Source: Octopus sinensis (taxonomy: Eukaryota). From it: a DNA stretch of 6,012 nt. Both the position numbers and the translations under genes were made by a program. Of this stretch, positions 1 through 6,012 are shown in pieces. Positions within the stretch are counted from its first letter, which is position 1, and each line of letters starts with the position of its first letter. The notes below the pieces were generated by a model that had not been told where the DNA came from, did not search any database, and was given only the letters and a program-made list of their open reading frames with translations. The stretch is from the NCBI RefSeq assembly GCF_006345805.1, contig NW_021829486.1, forward strand, positions 1 through 6,012. The letters run 5' to 3'.

Positions 1-399
1 ACGAACATAGTATGGAACGACATGGGGATACCGAAAACAATGGCCAGAATTATGAAATATGCGCTACATTACCATTCATGAGACATGCAGTGACTAAATG
101 CTAAATAGATTTGTTGTTGCAAACAAAATGAGGAATTAGGAAACTAAACCTGTCTCCTTCAGATGAAGGATACTCTTTCTTCAATTCTTCTTTTACTGAC
201 ACTCGCGTCTATGGCCTCTTGACAAGCAGAACACAGGGGTCCGGTAAAAATATCATGGTAGGATAAGGAACCATGTTTTATATATATGAAGGACTCCAAG
301 TTGTTCTAATAAGCAATTAGAAACACGGTTGCAGATATACGAAGGACGTACTAGAGAATTTCTTTTAAGATTCGGTTTAGAGACCAGTGAGATAACATA

Positions 400-616
400 C
401 GAGGGCATGCTGAAAAGTTCCTGGCTTTAAGGGTATAACGAAAGGCTTGGTTGGAGGCCCAGCCTTCTGAGTTCTTTTACAGGGCTTAGAAAAACTGGGG
501 GAGCTCTGGAATAAGAGGGTGAACTGATAGGGGAATATGATGAATAAAAATCGTAATTAACCGATCCTCCTTTATTTTCTTTAACCCGAAGCCAGGAACT
601 TTTCAGCACGGCTTCG
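400..616 (+). mobile_element. Non-autonomous mariner-family element (MITE / internally deleted mariner), 217 bp
   Basis: Left TIR 400-427 CGAGGGCATGCTGAAAAGTTCCTGGCTT matches the reverse complement of 589-616 (CGAAGCCGTGCTGAAAAGTTCCTGGCTT) at 25/28. Flanked by TA at 398-399 and 617-618, the Tc1/mariner target duplication. Interior carries a transposase C-terminal relic. Confidence 0.93.
442..547 (+). pseudogene. Frameshifted C-terminal relic of a mariner transposase inside the MITE
   Basis: With two 1-nt frameshifts (~478, ~523) it reads KAWLEAQPSEFF/QGLEKLGELWNKRV/LIGEYDE* (TAA 545-547), matching the mariner C-terminal pattern W...Q...FF..GI.KL..RW.KCV...G.Y.E*. Confidence 0.8.
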
Positions 617-1159
617 TACACAAAGAAATAAGCAATACACAATGTTCATAGACATAAAGGAAAATATCATAATGGAACACACCGTGGGCTTCGATTATTA
701 GTTAAACAGAGCTAAATGAAAATACACATTATACATATTAAGATGGATTCCAGATATCTATTTTTAATTGAAGTCTAAACGAATTTGTATGACGAAAGGA
801 AAGAATAAAAATAATGACTGTGATTAGAATACACCACACAAAATCGATATCCAAATGTTGTATTTACAACAAATGCAAAAAAAAAACTGAGTCCAAATCG
901 AGAAGTTAAGTATAATAAAATATACATTTTTGCAAAATATGATAAAATAATCATAGAAATAGCAATAAAAATAGAAAGAAAAGCTTTGTCTCCTGTCTGA
1001 AAGAAAGCAGCAAATACCTATACTAGTCAAAACCTTTTCTTAGGAGAGTGTGTTCAGTACAGTTTGCAGAAAATGAATAGAAAATAAAATGTCATATTCC
1101 ATCGAAAATTAAAGTTATTTTTGAAAATCAAAAAGAAATATCAACTAGTTAATAGCAGT

Positions 1160-1560
1160 TTACACATGGTAGCAGTCTTTAGAATCCACCACGACCTGAA
1201 GACGGTTCTGGAACCTGGCTCATGCGTTGCTCATTCTGTCCCTGGGAAGATTTTTGAACACCTTGACTTTGTCTCTCGTCTTGATCTTGATATTGCAGGT
1301 AGAGGAGTAGGTGTCTTTCTGAACCGCACACCGCACAGAGTAATCCATAGGATTACAATCAAGAAAATTACAAGGGCAGAAACTGTGACTGGTCAAGTCG
1401 TAGAAATTCTTTGACTACCACGTCTGACACTTTCTGGAGGTATAACAAGGAGCAGTATATTGCTGCCATATGATCATATGGCCATCCAGCCAATTGCTGA
1501 CCACCTGGCTGGATCTTCACATAGCCGTCTGCTTAAGGCTCGGTTCAAAGATGTGCGGAT
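1160..1560 (-). mobile_element. Decayed Tc1/mariner-superfamily transposase, DD37D (maT-type), C-terminal catalytic half
   Basis: Minus frame 1468->1160 reads WQQYTAPCYTSRKCQTW*SKNFYDLTSHSFCPCNFLDCNPMDYSVRCAVQKDTYSSTCNIKIKTRDKVKVFKNLPRDRMSNA*ARFQNRLQVVVDSKDCYHV*, a degenerate QQDxAPxH...WPxxSPDxNPxDY motif set. Exactly 37 codons lie between the second catalytic position (1457-1459, now TAT) and the D of NPMD (1343-1345). Frameshifted upstream pieces read PHIFEPSLK, DGYVKI and AGWPY. Two in-frame stops. Confidence 0.88.
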
Positions 1561-1810
1561 CAATTACGGCGTGTGGACCCAATCAGAATACATGATGCAT
1601 CCCTTCTTGCTGGTCACAGCTTCGTAGATTGCATAGCTGCTGATCACAGAGTGACCACAGAGCACTGAGCAGCGGTCATAATGATGCCATTGTGATACCT
1701 TGTTCGAATCATCAAAGATACAGGTGAGTATCCGATAAGTATTTGGGCATTCGATGGGTAACATAGCAACACGTTCAGTTTTTCACAGACATATATTTAC
1801 ACACATAAAG

Positions 1811-1900
1811 CACACACAGACACACACACAGACACACACACACACACTCACACGGACACACACGGACACACAAGCACACGCACGCACATACACACGCACA
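1811..1900. repeat. Imperfect (CA)n microsatellite
   Basis: cacacacagacacacacacagacacacacacacacac... with CG/GA interruptions. Confidence 0.95.
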
Positions 1901-2009
1901 GAGTATACAGTCAAGTTGTTTACAAAAATTTCAGATCCTGGTTGTATGAAACAACGCTAATTGATGCTTTCTGTATCCGAAAATTCATTCGTGCAATTAT
2001 TTTCTGTTA

Positions 2010-2210
2010 CGCACGTATACATATATATGTGTGTATGAGTGCGCATGTATGCTTGTGTACGTACGTATGTGTGAATTCATCTCTTCATATGTATGTATCT
2101 ATATATATATATATGTATTCATGGATGTATATATGTACATACGTATGTATGTATGCATTTGGTAATGATATGTATTCGTTGATAATATATACATATATGT
2201 CTATATATGA
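2010..2210. repeat. Degenerate (TA)n/(TATG)n low-complexity tract
   Basis: Alternating purine-pyrimidine runs such as atatatatatatatatg and gtatgtatgtatg. Confidence 0.8.
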
Positions 2211-2639
2211 TCGATCGTACGCTTTATGAGTGGGTAGTGAGTGCATACATGTACACCCATATCCCCCTTGTGTTTGCAATAGAAAAGGGTGAATCTGAAC
2301 AGTAGAAAAACATCAGAGTGTTAATATAGAAGTATATATGTACAACTGTGAAGCGTATATGTGAGTGCGTTTATGAAAAGTGTTTGAATGTCCATTCGTA
2401 TATTTGGTTGATGTGCTGATGTTAGGTGTATATTTACCAGTGGATGTATAAATATTCGACAGGATGGTTTTTGCTGGATCTAAGTTATATTTTGTTAGCA
2501 AACTTTAACCAAGAAATAGAGAACTTTATTACAAAACTCATATATGCATTAACATGCATTCTTATATACATACACATATGTAAGTGTGTCTGTATAACTA
2601 CTGCGTATGTATCCTTATATATGTACATATATATGGACA

Positions 2640-2642
<3 letters not shown>

Positions 2643-2687
<45 letters not shown>

Positions 2688-2743
2688 CATACAGAGAGCT
2701 CTTATATATATATATATATATATAATATATATATATATAGATC

Positions 2744-2781
<38 letters not shown>

Positions 2782-2849
2782 GTATGTATAAGCTTGTTTA
2801 CCTATGTATATATGTAGTATCTATGTATGTATGTATGTATGTATGTATG
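2643..2849. repeat. Compound microsatellite: (AT)18, further (TA)n runs, then (TATG)7
   Basis: Pure AT run 2643-2678, interrupted TA runs ~2703-2780, TATG x7 at 2822-2849. Confidence 0.97.
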
Positions 2850-3131
2850 TGCATGTACCTGACTAGATGGTTGCTCATAGAATTGAACACACTTAATAAC
2901 TACCTACATATGTAGTACATTTATCTTTTACATACAATATACTCACGCCTTCTACCCCCTTTCTCATTATCTTTCTTCCTCTCTATCTCCCAATCTCTCT
3001 CTCCCCTAACACACACACACACATCTGTATATGCATATATGTTTCTCTGGGTGCGTATGTATATTTGCCTATGTTTCCTTATATGTAAATAGATTGAGAG
3101 ATAGATGGACATAGAAAGATAAAATGCGTCC

Positions 3132-3247
3132 GTGTGTGTGTGTGTGCGGTAGGGGACGGTCAAATGAAACACAAGGAAAACTTAACACACACAATATATA
3201 GTGTGTGTGTGTGTGAGTGTGTGTATGTGTGTGTGAATGTGTGTGTA
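3132..3247. repeat. (TG)n microsatellite cluster
   Basis: GT runs at ~3132-3146 and ~3202-3246. Confidence 0.9.
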
Positions 3248-3323
3248 TGATATTTGTCTTCATAGATATAAGGAATTGCAAACGAAAACATATAAGAATA
3301 TTAGAAAACACATTAAGATAACC

Positions 3324-3378
3324 ATAATAATAATAATAATAATAATAACAATAATAATAATAATAATAATAATAATAA
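3324..3378. repeat. (AAT)n trinucleotide microsatellite, ~18 units with one AAC interruption
   Basis: ataataataataataataataataacaataataataa...; produces the poly-Ile of ORF 3260-3472. Confidence 0.97.
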
Positions 3379-3543
3379 GCACAGGCGTTTCAGAAAAATA
3401 TTTCGTGGTAATTTGAACTTTGAAAAACAGAAAAATGTGTTCAATTGAGAAAAGAGGAAACTTCATATACACATATATTTTATGTTTCGTCTTTTTTCAT
3501 AACAATCTCAAATGTCAGGGTGCGAATTACGTACAATGTACAG

Positions 3544-3581
3544 TGTTGTTGTTGTTGTTGTTCTTATTGTAGTTGTTGTTG
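3544..3581. repeat. Imperfect (GTT)n microsatellite
   Basis: tgttgttgttgttgttgttcttattgtagttgttgttg. Confidence 0.92.
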
Positions 3582-3801
3582 TAAGTTTTCATTTTGTTTT
3601 ACTATTTGGTTTTCTTTTTGATTTTCGTTTGGTTTTCGGAGGTTGTTCTTGTTAAGTTGTTATTACTACTTTGGTTCGTTTTTGTTCTGGAAGAAGTTTT
3701 CCTTAACTCAAAACTGATAAACATATATTGTGACATTTCGCAGCAAAGGACGAGAACTAGACCAGATGTGATATCTGTTATATCTATATTTAACCTTGAA
3801 G

Positions 3802-3807
3802 ATATAT

Positions 3808-3869
<62 letters not shown>

Positions 3870-4017
3870 GTATATATGCATGTATTAATATATATATATA
3901 TAGCATACATATATATACATATATATATGTATTTATATTTACATATAGACATATATATGTATACATACATATACAGGTATCTAAGTACATATATGTATAT
4001 AGAAATAAACTTATATA

Positions 4018-4054
<37 letters not shown>
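3802..4054. repeat. Compound microsatellite: (TA)24, degenerate TA/TACA tract, (TG)16
   Basis: Pure TA 3821-3868 and pure TG 4022-4054. Confidence 0.97.
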
Positions 4055-4056
<2 letters not shown>

Positions 4057-4134
4057 ATACATACGAATGTATACCTATGCATTTAGCTGTGTGCGTGCTT
4101 ATTCATATGCGTATATTTAAAGATATACGACCAA

Positions 4135-4262
4135 TTAGGACGTTCGCTTCCAGTCATAAGGTCCCGATCGATTTCGTTACGTTGCAACTTGTCCACGTGT
4201 CTTTTTCCTTATCCACAGGTCGATCCATACTTTCACATAGCAAAGTAGACACAAACTATAAG
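4135..4262 (+). mobile_element. Highly degenerate 5' half of a tRNA-derived SINE (octopus-type)
   Basis: ttaggacgttcgcttcc...ggtcccgatcgatttc...gcaacttgtccacgtgtctt...ggtcgatcc...gtagacacaaacta is colinear with an abundant octopus SINE as I recall it (..gcttgcttccc..ggttccgggttcagtccc..gcaccttgggcaagtgtctt..ggccgacc..gtagacggaaactga). Recognition from memory, not a database match. Confidence 0.5.
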
Positions 4263-4571
4263 GCGGCCGGCCGGCCGGCCAGTAACTTTGGGCTTCCTAT
4301 GAACACACGTTCCTGATATTATGCCACTCTAACTTGTCAGGCAGTTACTATATGATTACAAGAGTAGTCGGTATACTCGACCACTTTTGTACTAATTGAA
4401 TGAGGTAAGTAGTTTCCTAGAAATATTCCACTCGCAAGATCTGACCAAAGTTCATTCATTCTATTATATTTGCAAATAAGTGCGCGCACGTACACACAAA
4501 CACACACTAATACTCGTATTACTATCACAATACAGAGCGATACACAGCTCTCTCCCTCGCTCTATCTCTCC

Positions 4572-4595
4572 ATATATATACCTGCATATGTATAT

Positions 4596-4628
<33 letters not shown>
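4572..4628. repeat. (TA)n microsatellite, interrupted
   Basis: atatatatacctgcatatgtatatatatatatataatatatatatatatatatatatt. Confidence 0.92.
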
Positions 4629-5040
4629 TTATAAATAAGGATAATATCAATATTTAAATATCGATATTACCAAGTGGCCAGCATGGGAAAAAATACCATA
4701 CAAAGGTATGGTATACAATGCTTTGCAACTAAAAATAAGGCTGTCTAAGAGGCACCACCATGCCGAAATAGCAGTCAAATCCCTGACTCTAAAAGCCACC
4801 TTAAATGTTTATATCGCACCATGAGATAAGACAGAGGGACAAAATAGACTAGCAAAAAGATATTACTGAATAATTCAAGATCCTGGATTTCAAGCTTTGC
4901 TTTAAATAAGCTTTGCTGTCATCAGTTGAATATATCAGAGCAAATAAATACAAATGCAGAACAAACGTTATACTTACATATACGAACGTCCATACATACA
5001 TGCACGCATGTACAAGGCCAGTTTAAAATGACAATATATA

Positions 5041-5157
5041 TTGGCCTGCTTGCTTAGCCATCGGGGTGGCGTCATTTGAAAGCTAAAAGAATACGAAGTA
5101 TATGGTAACCAGCGATGTGTAGCAACATCTGATAGCCTGGTCGGTCACGGTCACGGT
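5041..5157 (+). mobile_element. 3' fragment of an interspersed repeat, probably a 5'-truncated SINE tail
   Basis: GC-richer island ttggcctgcttgcttagcc...gtggcgtcatttgaa...ccagcgatgtgtagcaacatctgatagcctggtcggtcac ending in short tandem CGGTCA repeats and then a CA microsatellite, as retroposon tails often do. It resembles a common octopus repeat from memory. Confidence 0.55.
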
Positions 5158-5160
5158 AAA

Positions 5161-5210
5161 TACACACACATATACACACCTACACACACACACACACACA
5201 CACATACATA
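5161..5210. repeat. (CA)n microsatellite between two convergent SINE 3' ends
   Basis: tacacacacatatacacacctacacacacacacacacacacacatacata. Confidence 0.93.
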
Positions 5211-5413
5211 ATTTTGGGCCAAGGCTAGCAATTTCAGAAAGAGGAGAGGTTGCTTTTATCAACCCCAGTGTCCAACTGGTACGTATTATACCCACTCGAA
5301 ATAATGAAAAGCATAGTAAACCGCGGCGAAATTTGAACTAAGAACGTAAAGACGGACGAAATACCGATAAGCATTTTGGATCGGTATTCTAACGATTCTG
5401 CCAGCTCGCCGCC
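5211..5413 (-). mobile_element. Near full-length tRNA-derived SINE (~200 bp, octopus-type)
   Basis: Minus strand begins GGCGGCGAGCTGGCAGAATCGTTAG. Pol III A-box-like TGGCAGAATCG (5403-5393) and B-box-like GTTCAAATT (5338-5330). Body GCTTTTCATTATTTCGAG...TACCAGTTGGACACTGGGGTTGAT, and a 3' end AAATTGCTAGCCTTGGCCCAAAAT running into a TG tail. Confidence 0.82.
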
Positions 5414-5487
5414 TAACATTTGAAACATTGAAAAGCAATTAGTATCTCTTGTACCAAAAAGTGGAATTAATACCCAGAAGATTACAT

Positions 5488-5640
5488 GGCATTGGACTTG
5501 CAGTATCGTGAGAATTGGACAGAATACTATACTGAATTCAAATCCAACTAAGGTCAAATATAGTGTTCACCCTGTGAGGGTCGATTAAGTAAATCATAAA
5601 TCAATTTCACGGGGTCATTTTCAATCGATTACGCCAAACC
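5488..5640 (+). mobile_element. Older, degenerate copy of the same SINE family, opposite orientation
   Basis: Head GGCATTGGACTTGCAGTATCGTGAG matches the 5413 copy head at 17/25. B-box-like ATTCAAATCC at 5536-5545, then AGGTCAA..TTCACCCTGTGAGGGTCGATTAA..CACGGGGTC..AATCGATTA colinear with the family body. The A-B spacer is shortened. Confidence 0.58.
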
Positions 5641-5738
5641 ATAAATTCATAGGTATGTATCAAATTACAAATCAATGAGGAAGATTTGAAATTTGTGATG
5701 ACTATGTATTTACGAATTATTTAACAATCTGAGTACGT

Positions 5739-5801
5739 CTGTGTGTATATATATATATGTGTGTGTGTGTGTATGTTTATGTGTGTGTGTCGGGGGGGGG
5801 G
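5739..5801. repeat. Compound (TG)n/(TA)n microsatellite ending in G10
   Basis: gtgtgtatatatatatatgtgtgtgtgtgtgt...gtgtgtgtgtc followed by a G run at 5792-5801. Confidence 0.92.
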
Positions 5802-6012
5802 CATTCTTTTGTCTGTCTATTGACTCACCGAGTATAGATCAGACTGGTTTTCTTCTTCATTGATGATTTGCTGAAGCTTAGTGTCATCAGCAAATATTTT
5901 CACTTTGCAGTGATTTACGACGCTGGAAAGATCGTTTATGTAGATTATAAAGAGGAGCGGGCCCAAGACTGTCCCTTGAGGGACACTACTGGTGACTTTT
6001 ATTGGACTTGAG
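5802..6012 (-). mobile_element. Non-LTR retrotransposon (CR1/L2-group LINE) ORF2 reverse-transcriptase fragment, inactivated; continues beyond the window
   Basis: Minus frame 6011->5802 reads SSPIKVTSSVPQGTVLGPLLFIIYINDLSSVVNHCKVKIFADDTKLQQIINEEENQSDLYSVSQ*TDKRM. It has the RT motifs (G)VPQGxxLGPLLF and catalytic FADD (5883-5894). TAG at 5817-5819 sits where a conserved Trp is expected. Not listed in the ORF track. Confidence 0.95.

Noticed and set aside
1-80. Frame +1 TNIVWNDMGIPKTMARIMK, faintly like the RTE-LINE RT motif LW..L...GIP
   Set aside because: Too short, followed by a stop, and no downstream RT motifs seen; needs left flank to judge.
427-642. 71-aa minus-strand ORF
   Set aside because: Antisense of the mariner MITE and crosses its TIR.
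1121-1414. 97-aa plus-strand ORF with plausible composition
   Set aside because: It is the antisense of the DD37D transposase relic; the motifs are on the minus strand.
2725-2757. Long perfect palindrome centred on AGATCT
   Set aside because: A trivial consequence of self-complementary (TA)n arms.
1754-3472. Cluster of short ORFs rich in HT, YI, CV or poly-I
   Set aside because: Microsatellite translation artefacts.
3515-3540. CAGGGTGCGAATTA resembling a Tc1/mariner-type terminus
   Set aside because: Not preceded by TA and no inverted partner found.
3594-4316. 240-aa plus-strand ORF, the longest in the window
   Set aside because: Translation is dominated by YI/VC dipeptide runs from (TA)n and (TG)n, which lack stops in this frame; non-ATG start and no domain.
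5325-5413. Possible tRNA gene (A and B boxes)
   Set aside because: No acceptor-stem pairing or cloverleaf, an over-long A-B spacer, and it continues into a SINE body and tail.
5234-5557. 107-aa minus-strand ORF
   Set aside because: Runs through SINE sequence (GGELAESLE is the SINE head); no protein features.
5802-6012. RT as part of a retron, DGR or group II intron, or repeats as a CRISPR array
   Set aside because: Motifs and context are those of a eukaryotic non-LTR retrotransposon; no regularly spaced repeat-spacer array or prokaryotic gene structure is present.

Overview
AT-rich, microsatellite-dense eukaryotic non-coding DNA (intron or intergenic). The SINE-like repeats resemble ones I recall from octopus genomes, so a cephalopod origin is likely (inference). 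No host protein-coding gene is supported, and the listed ORFs are mostly translated microsatellites or antisense of transposon relics. The window is a transposon graveyard: (1) a 217-bp mariner-derived MITE with 28-bp TIRs and TA target duplication (400-616); (2) a decayed DD37D (maT-type) Tc1/mariner transposase on the minus strand (~1160-1560); (3) several tRNA-derived SINE copies or fragments (4135-4262, 5041-5157, 5211-5413, 5488-5640), two of them head-to-head; (4) a CR1/L2-group LINE reverse-transcriptase fragment on the minus strand running off the right edge (5802-6012). I see no convincing evidence for a novel biological system; the findings are modest.
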